A DNA stretch of 64,000 bases, taken from Octopus sinensis (taxonomy: Eukaryota). The notes below the pieces were generated by a model. That model made no database searches and was not told the origin of the DNA. It saw nothing but the letters and a program-made list of their open reading frames with translations. Numbering within the stretch: position 1 is the stretch's first letter; the number at the start of each line of letters is the position of its first letter. The stretch is taken from the NCBI RefSeq assembly GCF_006345805.1, contig NC_043008.1, positions 11,780,001 to 11,844,000 on the forward strand, read 5' to 3'. The position numbers and the translations under genes are program-made. Below, in pieces: positions 1 to 12,225 of this stretch.

Positions 1-65
1 ATTTGCTCGACTAAAGGCGGTGCTCCAGCATGGCCGCAGTCAAATGACTGAAACAAGTAAAAGAG
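1..65 (+). mobile_element. 3' tail of CORE-type tRNA SINE (family S2)
   Basis: atttgctcgactaaaggcggtgctccagcatggccgcagtcaaatgactgaaacaagtaaaa is essentially identical to the tail of the near-complete copy at 39065-39445. Confidence 0.85.
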
Positions 66-800
66 TATATACATGTATGTGTGTGTGTGTGTGTGTGTGT
101 GTATTACCTTGTGTCTGTATGTGTCTATGTTTATGCATGCGTATGTATGAGTAAACGTGTTTGTGTGCGTTTACATGTTTGCGTGTGTATGTCTGTGTAT
201 GTGTATGTATGTGCGGGTATGTGTATGTGTATGTGTATGTGTATGTATGTGTGTACATGTGTGTCTTGCGAGTCTTCGTGTGTGTTTGCGTGTGTGCATG
301 TGTGTGCATGTGTCTGTGTGTGTACGTGTGAGTCTATGGGCGTGTGTACGTGTGTATATGTATGTGTATAAGCATGTATAAATGTTTGTGTATGCGTATG
401 TATGTGTGTATGTAAGTGTTTATGCGTGTGTATGTGTGTGTATACATGTGTGTGTGTTGCTAGTCTTTGTGTGTATTTGCGTGTGTATATGTGTGTATGT
501 GTCTGTCTGTGTACGTCTGTGTTTATGTGTCTGTGTATACGTGTGTGTATGTGCGTATCTATGTGTGTGTACCAGTGTGTCTATGTGTGGTGTATGTATA
601 CGTGTCTGTATGTGCGTGTGTACGAGTGTGTATATTGTGTGTATGTGTGTGTGTTTTTTGCTAGTCTTTGTGTGTATTTACGTGTGTGTATATGTGTATG
701 TGTGTGTATGTGTGTGCTCGATGTCTTTGTGTGCATTTGCGTGTGTATGCTAGTGTTTATAATTGGATTTTCAGTGTGTGTGTGTGTGTGTGTGATTGTG
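66..800. repeat. Degenerate (GT)n/(ATGT)n simple-repeat tract
   Basis: Direct inspection; source of the spurious CV-rich ORFs. Confidence 0.95.
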
Positions 801-872
801 TGCCTCTATATAACGCTTTTGTTCATTGCAGAAGCTGTGACGCTCTCTCGTTGGTTGTTTGGTTTATGTTAA

Positions 873-972
873 NNNNNNNNNNNNNNNNNNNNNNNNNNNN
901 NNNNNNNNNNNNNNNNNNNNNNNNNNNNNNNNNNNNNNNNNNNNNNNNNNNNNNNNNNNNNNNNNNNNNNNN
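873..972. other. Assembly gap (100 N)
   Basis: Exactly 100 N, typical of a scaffolding placeholder. Confidence 0.98.
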
Positions 973-984
973 ACGATGATTAAT

Positions 985-1140
985 AACGATTAAATCTAGA
1001 TTTCGGTACAAGGCCAGATGTTTTAGAGAGAAAGAGTTAAGTTGATTCCATTATATCCAGTACTTGACTAGTATTTTATTTTAGGGACCCCAGAGGAATG
1101 AATAGTATACTTGACTTCGAGGGGAATTGATCGCAGAACA
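985..1140 (-). mobile_element. Degenerate Deu/Nin-type SINE fragment (S3)
   Basis: Weak match to the reverse complement of the S3 body (ccagtacttgactagtatttt...gacccc...gacttcgaggggaattga..cagaac). Confidence 0.55.
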
Positions 1141-1164
1141 ATTAAACTGTGGTAGACAGGACTC

Positions 1165-2697
1165 CTTATTCACAGTGGTGACAACCTGTCAATGTCAAAC
1201 GGGTCCAAACCTGGGATGAAGGTGAATAAATCGTGAATCGGGACTTAACTCCGGAACAATATTTGGATGAAGGTATGGGACCATATGACGCTCACCTGTC
1301 TCCTAATGGGAATTAAGACCATGGCCCTCAACATACAGAAACGCAAAGGGACCAGGCCAAGCTTAAGGGTAGTCTTGGTAGACAGTTTTACTAGAGATGG
1401 TGTCTCGATAAAAATAAAGGTTGGCGGTTAACCTTAAAGCACGTACCTCAATGTTGAGTGAAAATGTCTTATACAAATGTATCAAATAACGATGTTAGCG
1501 TGAGTGGAACGAAAGGTGAAAGCCTTTTGCCGGGCAGGTGTCTTGTGGTTAAACAGCGCAGGCCGGGTCGTCATCCAGAAACTGTTTGTAAACAACGCCA
1601 GAGGCAGAGAAAAAGGTGGGATAAGGAAGCAAACCGAACGGTAATTGAATGCTCGATCAGGAGTGAACCCAGCAGATGGGGATTCCGACAACGAATGAAA
1701 GCAAAATGGAATGAGATAGGACGCTTCGAAACAAGTAAGCAATGGTTAACCGATCAGGCGAGAGCAATAAGAGCAAAAGGTCGGTTAAAGCCATGGCAAT
1801 TGAAGAGATAAAAAGGCAAGTTGAAAATAGATAACGCGCCGAGTGAGAACAGGAAAACGAAAGGTGGCAGTGAAGGCAGAGCAAAGTGTAAATGTAAATG
1901 CATTCTCTGCAAATGAATCAGAAGTAATAGGAAGAGCTATATTACAAGAATGCGATGATAAGCAACAAGTCATAGTGAGAATGCTGTGCTGATATATTAG
2001 AGAAGACCAGATTGAAGTACGCCCGCGTAATCTGAGATACGTTGACCTACACAAGCTCAAGATTGAAACCGAATAAATAGATTCGTTTCTTGGGCTATTC
2101 CAGACGAGAAATGTAACTGAATCTAAGAAGAGTATTTGGGCTGCAGGTATGGTTGCTGCAGTTAGAGTTGGATTCAAAAGAAATGAACAAACAGAACGTA
2201 AAGAACAATTCTGGCGTAGAAGAATTTGTAAAAAAACAAAGTTAAAAAGACATTTAGGACAATTTAATAGATTGAGAAGAAAGGAATTTCAGAAATAATG
2301 AATAATACTGGAATGAACAAAAAGAATACGAGATAAAAGTTATGATGTGATATTGAAAGAATTAAAACAATGAGTTGTGCAGTCAAAGTAAAACTGGAAA
2401 GATATGACAATGGAAAAAGACAGTTCAAGCAAATCAGAATTGAAGCAAATCAGAAGATACTGTTTTAGGAACTAGATGGACAAATACACGTAACAACAAT
2501 ACCAGTCGCAGAGGAAAGGAAGGCATTCTGCAGAGGGATCTGGGACCAACCTGTAGAGCATAATAATGAAGCTTAGTGGTTGCATGAATTCCACGATAGG
2601 TTAAGAAATATAGAAGTCCAAGAAAACTTAAAGATAACTACAGAAATGATAGAAAAGCAGTTATGGAAATTCCCAAATTGGAAGAGTCCAGGACCGG
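1165..2697 (+). mobile_element. R4/Dong-clade non-LTR retrotransposon, 5' portion (putative 5'UTR, N-terminal region, start of RT), decayed
   Basis: Translations RWDKEANRTVIECSIRSEPSRWGFRQRMKAKWNEIG...QWLTDQARAIR, GIWDQPVEHNNEA and MIEKQLWKFPNWKSPGPD resemble the R4/Dong N-terminus and pre-RT motif; multiple stops and frameshifts. Confidence 0.8.
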
Positions 2698-2941
2698 ACC
2701 ACAGATTTGCATGTTAGTTGTTTGACCATAACCAGTTGAGCATGTCCCTTGGTAGCTGATGATATGTGCATCGCTAATCACGTGCAGAATTAGTAGGAGA
2801 AAATCATAGCCATGTGTTGAGAGGAATTTTTGGGGGATTGAAAATTCATCTTTGGATGAATTAGTTATTTCGTTTAACATCCTTAAACAATCCTTATTCA
2901 GGGTCATTTTGATCAGGACGGGCTTATCGATCTGAAGAAAA
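2698..2941 (+). mobile_element. Diverged partial copy of the 556-bp TAA-flanked element
   Basis: Aligns by eye to about 25270-25512 (accacagatttgc...ctgaagaaa). Confidence 0.85.
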
Positions 2942-2943
2942 TA

Positions 2944-3331
2944 CTAAAATAAGCAACCACGTTAAAAGCGGTGATGCACTATGACCGTTTTAAGCGGGAC
3001 AACAATTTAAATGCAGTGGCATTTTCAGGTGCACAAATAAATAAAAATACTTTTAACCAGTGGGGCACATTAATATAATATTGTAGCTAAGAACAGTCTA
3101 TTCTTAGCAACAATAGCGACAACATGAATTTATTCTATCTTCTTGCTTTGTTAAAGTATTTGAAAAAAATCATATAAATGCGCCCAACTGATGAAAAATC
3201 TATTTATTTATCTGTGCAGCTGAAGATGGCACTATATTTAAACTGATGTAAAAATTACATTGTTCCATTAAATGGAATCCGCTTGAAAAGTTCGTACTGC
3301 ATCACTTGATATCCTGTTGCTTGTTTAGATT
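2944..3331. mobile_element. Old MITE with long imperfect terminal inverted repeats
   Basis: 2971-3075 is an imperfect reverse complement of about 3170-3305; termini resemble those of the MITE at 16515-16697. Confidence 0.7.
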
Positions 3332-3660
3332 TTATTTTTATTCGCCTTACTTCGAGCTGTGCGGATAATATCGGACTGACTTGCTGCTTCCACTTAAGTA
3401 CCTAATTCAACAGAATGTCAATTATATATACGCACACATCCACATAATAATGCGCATACACAAACAAATACACACATATGTATTCGTACACATATCCATG
3501 TGTACAAATACAATATATTCTGTTCGTACAGAACTAATGTAGCATTGTAGCTACAAAAACAGACCGAGTATTGTTGATATAGTCTTGTGAAAATATAGTG
3601 AACACTAGAATGCCTCTCACGAAAGTGAGTTTTCGAATGAAACTTTAAAAGTTAAAAGGA

Positions 3661-3693
<33 letters not shown>

Positions 3694-3924
3694 ATGCAAT
3701 ATAATATACCGAGCGAAACTTTTAACAACATTGGCGACGGTCTTTAGGCAATAAAAAAAAAATTCAGGAATACCTGCAAGAAACATGGTAAAAAGAAGCC
3801 ATAGATTTCTGTCTGGATATAAAACCGTTGCTGGAAAATGAATGAATAAAAACAAATCTGTGGAAACATCACATATATTCACTTCCATGTTCTTTCTTTC
3901 AAATTACTGAACATATATATATAT

Positions 3925-3991
<67 letters not shown>

Positions 3992-4008
3992 GTATACATA
4001 TACATAGG

Positions 4009-4046
<38 letters not shown>

Positions 4047-4299
4047 ATATAAATATGTGTGTGTGTGTACACATATGATATTTGTACATATGGATATGTG
4101 TATAAATAACTATATGTCTATATTTTGCGTGTGCGTGTGTGCATGTGTGTGCACTGATTGCTATGTGGATGTGTGTGTGAGTATGTGTATATAGATACAT
4201 ATATGTTACACATATATAATGTTTGTACATAGGGATATACGTGTGTATCTATGTTTGCACGCGTTCTCATCTGGATGTTTGTGTATATAAATACTTTTA

Positions 4300-4430
4300 T
4301 TTTTTATTCCTTTAATATTTTACTGGTTTCAAACATCTGACAGCGGCCATGTTGGAGCACCGCTTTTTGTCTAAAATATCGCAACAAGACTTATTCTTTG
4401 TAAGCCGGGTACTTATTCTATTGGTTGTAA
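4300..4430 (-). mobile_element. S2 SINE tail fragment
   Basis: gcggccatgttggagcaccgc...gacttattctttgtaagcc..gtacttattctat. Confidence 0.75.
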
Positions 4431-4507
<77 letters not shown>

Positions 4508-5379
4508 CATATACATAAAACAAATAAACGACAGAAGATGGAATAAAAGAGAATATATTATCAATCACGACAATTGTTTCGACACATCTAGCATCAAATC
4601 CTCTTGTGGAACACACAAAAATTGGTTCAGGAGTATCCGGTGGTGCAGACGTATCTCGTCGGGTGATAAATAATTATACAAAATCTCGTTAAAATGGCTG
4701 TTCCATAATGCAACTTTCCCTTTTGTAGAGAGAACAACACCCAGACGGAGGAAAGTTCTTCATATATATAGAAGATCCAAAAATATAATTTCAGAAGATA
4801 AAAAGAGAAACGAACACTTAATCCAGCGAGAAAATTATGTATGTATTTATGTTTTCTCAGATTTCTTATAATTTCATGCCTCTCTGTTAGAAAGGATCTG
4901 GTTCCTGACAAAGCTAGAATACCATATCTTTGGAACGTATATAAAAACAAAATTCAAATTCCGCTTTCGAGAAAACCGTTTTTTTTCTTCTTTACTTTTC
5001 TGCTTAAAGATTATATATGTAACGTGCAAGTTAACTGGTTGTTTTTCACGTGACCCGAAAACGCCAGGTTTTCCAGATTGTCAGTTAAGCATATATTAAC
5101 AAAGCTTAGTTCACCAATCATATAATTATGTATGTATGTATGTATGTATGTGTATGTATGTATGTATGTATGCATGTATGATTGAATGTATGTATGTATG
5201 TATGTATGTATGTATGTATTATGTATGTATGTATGTGTGTATGTATGTATGCATGTATGATTGAATGTATGTATGTATGTATGTATGTATGTATGTTGTA
5301 TGTATGTATGTATGTATGTGTGTATGTATGTATGTGTGTATGTATGTATGTATATATGTATGTATATATGTATGTGTGT

Positions 5380-5695
5380 ATCGTAAACGGATTTAATTTA
5401 ATTTAATTAAATTCGATTACGTAAAAACGTCGAAACTATGCATAGTACAAAGTTGAAGGGGATAAATGTTTTTATTTCTCCTTTAGTTCCAGAATTACTA
5501 CTATTTTGCGGTTTGAGTTTAGCTGCCCTTTCAAGTGAGTTGAACGGCCTGGCAGGGTCATTCCTTAATACTATTATTGAATATATTATATAGTCTGTGA
5601 CTATTTCTACTTTCTCACTTGACCGCTGGTTGCAGAAACTTTTTCTTGAATTTTTCTTGAATTTTCTTTGCTACCCTTATATTGATTAAAAATAT
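5380..5695 (+). mobile_element. Hammerhead repeat family H1 (subfamily A), 5'-truncated copy carrying the 3' half of the ribozyme
   Basis: GAAA at 5432-5435, palindromic stem III actatgcatagt, GUA site at 5445-5447, caaagt at 5448-5453; homologous to 21629-22278 and 29500-29955; flanked by (ATGT)n. Confidence 0.8.
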
Positions 5696-7639
5696 ATGTA
5701 TGTATGTATATATGTATGTATGTGTGTACGTATGTATGTATGTGTGTAAGTCAGCAGGTATTAAAGCTTTTAGTATGGAAGCCGAGCACTGGGTGCAGAT
5801 GGAAAAAATCAGTCAGTTTGGAAACCATTTGAAATACGAGATTCGAAAACTTAATCATGAAACCTATACTTCAGAAACAGGTATTCCAGACAGTTGTCTG
5901 ACTGAAAACTTTGTAACATTTGCCGTAGCGTCTGTTTGTTACATGCTAGTCACATGAGATCTCATGATCGCATTTATTTATCGAAGAAAATCACATATAT
6001 CTGTGAGGGTATTTCAATCACCATATATAAAAGTATGTATGTATGCATGCATGTATGTGTTTGTGTGCGTGCGTGCATGTATGTATGTATGCATGTGTGT
6101 GTATGTATGTATGTATGTATGTATGTATGTATGTATGTATGTATGTATGTATGTATGTATGTATGTGTGTGTTCTGTTCTGTTGTCACTTGAATTCTCTC
6201 TCTGAGTGAAGAAGCCGGTTTCTATGAAAGATACGAAGCTCTATCGTTGGAATGTACATAACGAAAACAGTGTTCCATTTTAATCTTGAGAAACGTGTTG
6301 CATAGATTTACTGTTCCACTTCAAAATTGTATTTGTAATCTGCGAGATAATGAGTTGATGTGTTTTATTGACAATCCAAGTTCACCAATTATTATCAGTA
6401 TAAATTTAAATTTGTAAGGTGTATATTGATGTATGTATGTTTGTATGTTTGTATGTATGTAAGTGAAAATTATTTCCGGAATTGTATTTTTGTCTTCCTG
6501 CGTTCTTTACTTTTCACGTTTACATACTGAATATACATAGTATACGGCAAATCACAAACACACATCTCCCAGTCATTCTATTGTTGCCACTCTTGTAAAT
6601 TTAGAAAAACGATTTTATCTCCTTAAACAATAATGGCAGGAAACTGCATCAGCATTCTAATTCAAGTGTTCTCTCGTTAATTGCGGTCACTATAACAGAG
6701 GTTTCATCGAACAACTAGCATGCCTTCATTAAGCTAGAAATTGACAAGTCTCCACAAACGATAATTTACACAAGAACCCTACAACGGCCATTAAATAGTA
6801 ATACAGTAAGGGCCTAGAAACTAATCCCTTTTTATATATACATACGTCATTATAGATTGACATTTAGTTCCTCTCCGATTGAGAGGTTCAGCGGGAAACT
6901 TGAAAGCCTTCTCTTTCCTCACCTCATAAAACTTATTCTACTAAATTATTTCCGAAGCCATTAAAGGCAATCTCTATGGTTCCTTTTATGACTACTTGCA
7001 CATCTATGTATACATCGGTGATAGACATAATCCATCACCCTCTTTAATATCAGCTCATGTTCCCCGCAGAACAGAGAACATCCTCTTTCACGTAGTCAAA
7101 CCAGGTTTCCCCTTTTACATTAAACGATATATCTTCATTCAGAACTTCCTAATTCAACAAATCATATGTCTCGTTTTATTGTCCCCCGCAATTTCAACCC
7201 TGCAAATATCATGGCCACTAACACCCATACACTCCCTACTGTTTAAAATAATCTCAGTAATCGATTAATATCGTTTTCTTTCTCACTACTTGCATTGCAA
7301 TATCAATGAAAATAACTTTTTTAAAGAACCCCTGGATTAAATACGCTAACACAAATTTATTGATTTCTATGCAGATAGCATACAGTGACCTATGAACACT
7401 TTTTATCCAGCTGTTTATTTTCGTTTAATTACATGTGTCTTCCGTTCTTTGCAAGTATATACAAATTTAATTATATTTTCTGATAAATTTTGACTTCAGT
7501 TTAATAGAATACAACAATGTAAACCATTGGCAAAAATTCGTAGAGGCGCTTAAACTTGGCAAATTTCGTGGCTGATGTGAATATGGAAAATTCGATAATA
7601 AAAAAAAAAGGCTTAATATTTCGGTATTAATCATGAAAG

Positions 7640-8110
7640 ACTAAATAACACAGAGAAGAGTTGGACTAAAGAAAGACATTTACGAATCAGGAAATGTTTT
7701 GGGAGGCACCAGTAAGATTAATAAGGCCTACTTCCTTGAAATTCACACTGCAATAAGCGATGAGCAAGGACAAAGATTCCACCAAGACATCGGGGCAACT
7801 GAAGCTTGGTATCAAGGCAGGTGGAACCAAAAAGGTGATGGCTGACTGTCGCGATGCAAGTTTTTCACGCAAACCAGCAAAGAGAACGTTCACGTTTTGG
7901 GAAGCTGAAACTCCAGTTTGACAGATATATAATTCCTAGGATGTGTAATTTAACATTTTATGTAATATATGTAATATATAGCCTTTTATATATCAGTATT
8001 ACATTTTGGTACAAAGTGAATTTCTGTTTAACAAAATCTTGACGTGATAGAAAAATATGAGCACATTTCTGAACTCAGTTCTATCAAATTAGTTGAGACT
8101 AATTTTTTAA
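7640..8110 (+). pseudogene. DNA transposon remnant, probably Chapaev3-like (CMC) transposase C-terminus plus 3' subterminal region
   Basis: 7729-7850 translates YFLEIHTAISDEQGQRFHQDIGATEAWYQGRWNQK..MAD, matching the DE(Q/H)GERFHQDI..ME.RYQG.W...MADYCW transposase motif; the superfamily assignment is from memory. Confidence 0.7.
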
Positions 8111-8385
8111 AAAAAGCAAGACAATTATAACTTTTGTTCGAAAATGTTGCTCAGCTTTCATATTCAGAGAGTAAGCAGTAGAAAACAAAGCTTGAACTAA
8201 TACAAGAAAATTGAATAATTTCGTTCTGACGTCTGTGAATCAAACTCAACCGAAAGTATGTTCGTAATTGTTCCTGTGTCTAATGTAAACAATAGAATAG
8301 AATATGCAAGGATCTCGAATATATATACACGACATTATGGAATATATATTCTCATTACTTATTTGCACCTGCGACTATATAAACA

Positions 8386-8453
<68 letters not shown>

Positions 8454-8595
8454 CAATTAAGATTCAAGTGAGTTCTATTGAATTCACATGAGTATGGTAC
8501 TTAACTTGGATGCACCAGAAATCTATATGGTGTTAACCATAAGACACAGTGGGGTGATTACAAATAGGATATTGATCCATTCTTGTTGTTTTTTT

Positions 8596-8648
<53 letters not shown>

Positions 8649-8650
<2 letters not shown>

Positions 8651-8942
8651 CAGGGTGGCCCAAAAGTAGGTTTACAGTTATCATACAGTTGTCAAGCGAT
8701 GTTGGGGGGGGACAAATACACACACACACATATATATATGTATATATATATAGGTTATAAGAAGCAATGGTGTCATTGAGACCCAAAGGTGTCCGGTAAT
8801 GCTGAATAAGTGCTATAGATAGACCATAGTTAGGTCCAGGTTCGGTGATTTTGCGAATAAGGAGTTAAACGTTGGTAATATATCAGCGAGTGTATCTAAG
8901 AAATTGTTTGCGGAATGAGATAAAAAAAACTATGGCCCTGTA
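8649..8942 (+). mobile_element. Tc1/mariner-type MITE, copy 1 of a tandem pair
   Basis: Begins TA-CAGGGTGGCCC and ends GGCCCTG-TA (short TIR TACAGGG, TA target); sits in (TA)n. Confidence 0.7.
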
Positions 8943-8958
8943 TATACTAGAGCATTTA

Positions 8959-9037
<79 letters not shown>

Positions 9038-9042
<5 letters not shown>

Positions 9043-9330
9043 GGTGGCCCAAAAGTAGGTTACAGTTATCATACAGTTGTCAAGCGATGTTGGGGGGGGA
9101 CAAATACACACACACACATATATATATGTATATATATATAGGTTATAAGAAGCAATGGTGTCATTGAGACCCAAAGGTGTCCGGTAATGCTGAATAAGTG
9201 CTATAGATAGACCATAGTTAGGTCCAGGTTCGGTGATTTTGCGAATAAGGAGTTAAACGTTGGTAATATATCAGCGAGTGTATCTAAGAAATTGTTTGCG
9301 GAATGAGATAAAAAAAACTATGGCTCTGTA
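9038..9330 (+). mobile_element. Tc1/mariner-type MITE, copy 2 of a tandem pair (period 389 bp)
   Basis: Near-identical to 8649-8942, including the downstream (CT)n(TA)n flank. Confidence 0.7.
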
Positions 9331-9345
9331 TATACTAGAGCATTT

Positions 9346-9402
<57 letters not shown>

Positions 9403-9534
9403 TATATATAGACGGTTAACTAAGGATCACAATTAACTTTCACGTGGATATATCAAACTTAATTCGTAAATAAGACGTATACATTATCTAAAATAAATTT
9501 TAGTCCTTTCACGTCTTTTTACGTAATAGTAAAT

Positions 9535-9710
9535 TACGTTCTGAGTTCAAATTCCGCGGAGGTGGACTTTTCCTTTCATCCTTTCGGGGTCGATTAAATA
9601 AGTACGAGTTACACACTGGGGTCGACATAATCGACTTAATCCGTTTGTCTGTCCTTGTTGTCTTCTCTGTGTTTGGCCCCTTGTGGGTAGTAAAAGAAAT
9701 AGGTATTTTT
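9535..9710 (+). mobile_element. Deu/Nin-type SINE body monomer (S3)
   Basis: B-box gagttcaaattcc followed by cctttcatcctttcggggtcgattaaataagtac (Deu/Nin-like domain). Confidence 0.85.
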
Positions 9711-10599
9711 TCTGGTTTTTCTCGTTCTGTGCTCAAAATTTCCCTGACGTCCAGTTGATTTTCATTCATTTAGAGTCGATAAAATACGTACTACTGGAGC
9801 ATGATGTCGATGTAGTCGACCATTCTCCTCACCAAAACTTTGCTGGTCTGCAATGTCAGAATTATATCTATGAAACTAAAAGTACAAAACGGCCATTTAT
9901 TGACAGATATAGTACAACCGCAGACAAAATGCTTTGCGCTGCCTAGTTACAGATTTTTACATTTCAAAACTAAATATTATCTGGTTGGATTTTTTCTTTC
10001 ACTCTTCCGGTATCGATAAAATATTTAGTGAAATACCAAGATCAATGATATCAGTTCACAATCTTCCACTTAAATTGTTGCTATTCTAAACATAAATCAA
10101 TATAAATATAACTAAACTTTTGATTTAATATCATAAAAACACTATAGATTCAGAGTTATGAGCTTACTAAACTAAATAGATTTTATAGTATTTATCAAAT
10201 TTATGTATTTGAGTTTAATTTTCCCACGACAGGTTTGTTGTCCTAAATTCTCACATTAATAAATTATACAAATGAACCTAAATTCTTCTAGTATATTTAT
10301 CAATTTGTTATAAATTATTGTTAAACTCTACACAGAGTACAACCTATACGGCGCTTAAATTGCTATTCCAGGGTCGATGATATATTAAGCGAATGTAAGT
10401 GTATATTTGATTGTCTTATATGTTTTTCAATAATTCTATTCATTGAAAACATTATTGGCTATATTGAACAGAAATGATCTATATTATAGTGCCAATTGTT
10501 AAAGCTAGATAAAAGCCGGTGTTATGTCGCTATGAGAACTCTATTATTGCACGACTTCAAATCCTGCTGTCTTGTATTTAATATTAACATATCTAATAT

Positions 10600-11037
10600 T
10601 TATTTCTTTATTGCCTACAGGGGGATAAACATGGAGGGTTCAAACAAGGACAGACAAAGGGATTAAGTCGATTATAACGACCCAAGTGCGTAACTGGTAC
10701 TTATTTAATCGACTCCGAAAGGATGAAAAGCAAAGTCGACCTCGGCGGAATTTGAACTCAGAACGTAGCGGCAGACGAAATACCAATTTTTTACTACCCA
10801 CAAGGGGCTACACACAGAGGGGACAAACAAGGACAGACAAACGGATTATGTTGATTATATCGACCCCAGTGGGTAATTGGTACTTAATTTATTGATCCCG
10901 AAAGGATGAAAGGCAAAATCGACCTCAGCAGAATTTGAACTCAGAACGTAACGGCAAACGAAATACGGTTACGCATTTCGCCCGGCGTGCTAACGTTTCT
11001 GCCAGCTCGCCGCCTTCCTTATATTTCATATTAGTCA
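10600..11037 (-). mobile_element. S3 SINE: tRNA-like head plus two tandem bodies
   Basis: Head ggcggcgagctggcagaaacgttagcacgccggg on the minus strand, followed by a body of about 185 bp repeated twice. Confidence 0.85.
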
Positions 11038-11511
11038 CTCCATTCGAAATATACTTAAATTTACCTCTTGGCATTCCGAGTGTTAATTTAAATATTGTCT
11101 TCTCCACGCATTTTAATATATATTTGAGTACAGTCTAGAACAAAGATGCACACGATTCAACAGAATTGTGAAATCATTTGCAAAAATACCGTGTCACGTG
11201 TAAGAGCAAAAGTATTAGATGACTACCTCTTTCTAAATATGTTTGATCTTGCCGCCCATTCTTCGACATCTTCTATTATCTTACCATCGATCATATACAA
11301 TTTGTATTACAAACATGTAATTTAGTAACAGATACTGAGTCAGTGCATGGAAAATTTTATTCCGAATTCTCTGAAGTAAACTTTATTTTCATCTCTCAAC
11401 GGTGAACAAGATAGGTATAGCTCTATTATTGGCCTCATATGTAACATATATTACTTCTGCTTTAAGGAAATTGTTGCTTTATGCAGAAGCACTTTATATA
11501 TGCTTTCATAT

Positions 11512-11826
11512 TAAGTATTCGTTGCTTGTTCCCTCTCGAGCCACGCCTGGCTCATAAGGGCCGGTTTCTCGGCTTCCTTGGCGTATAGGATTCCCCACCT
11601 GGACAGGACGCCGGTCAGCCGCAAGTGAGCTGAAAGATGCAGTGGGGAAAGAGTGAGAGAAAGTTGTGGCGAAAGAGTCAGCAGAAAGTTCGCCATTACC
11701 TTCTGCCGAAGCCGCGTGGACCCTAGGTTTTTCTCTCATAAACACACAGAGCGCCCGGTCTGAGATTCGAACCCGCGATCCTTCAGCCGCGAGTCCGCTG
11801 CTCTAACCACTAGGCCATGCGCCTCT
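11512..11826 (-). mobile_element. tRNA-derived SINE S1, tail type a
   Basis: Minus strand: A-box tggcctagtggttagag, B-box ggttcgaatct. Confidence 0.85.
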
Positions 11827-11924
11827 ACATATTGAGTAGAGTTTCCAGTTATAAAAAAGGGAAAAAACAAAAAAACATCCTTTTTGATACTGTTCATACA
11901 ATTTCAGTAGCTACATTCCATGAG

Positions 11925-12225
11925 AGAGGATGCACATGGCTTATTGGTTTGAGCAGCGGAATGGCGGTCGAGGGATCGCGGGTTCGAATCTCAGACATGG
12001 CGTTGAGTGTGTTTATGAGCGAAACACCTAACCTCCACGCGGCTCCGGCAGAAGGTAATGGTGAACTTCTCCTGACTCTTTCGCCGTAACTTCCTCTCAC
12101 TCTTTCCTCCTGCATCTTGCAGCTCACCTTCGACGGACCGGTGTCCTGTCCAGGTGGGGAACCTATACGCCAAAGAAACCGGCCCTAATGAGCCAGGCGT
12201 GGCTCGAGAAGGAACAAACAACAAC
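11925..12225 (+). mobile_element. tRNA-derived SINE S1, tail type a (head-to-head with 11512-11826)
   Basis: Inverted homolog of 11512-11826; ends in (CAA)n. Confidence 0.85.

Noticed and set aside
1270-1335. Possible HDV-like ribozyme in the R4/Dong 5'UTR
   Set aside because: Could not assemble P1, P1.1, P3 and J4/2 consistently by eye; a structure-based search would be needed
11750-11826. tRNA-like sequences here and at other S1/S2/S3 heads
   Set aside because: No complete cloverleaf, and each continues into a SINE body, so these are SINE heads rather than tRNA genes
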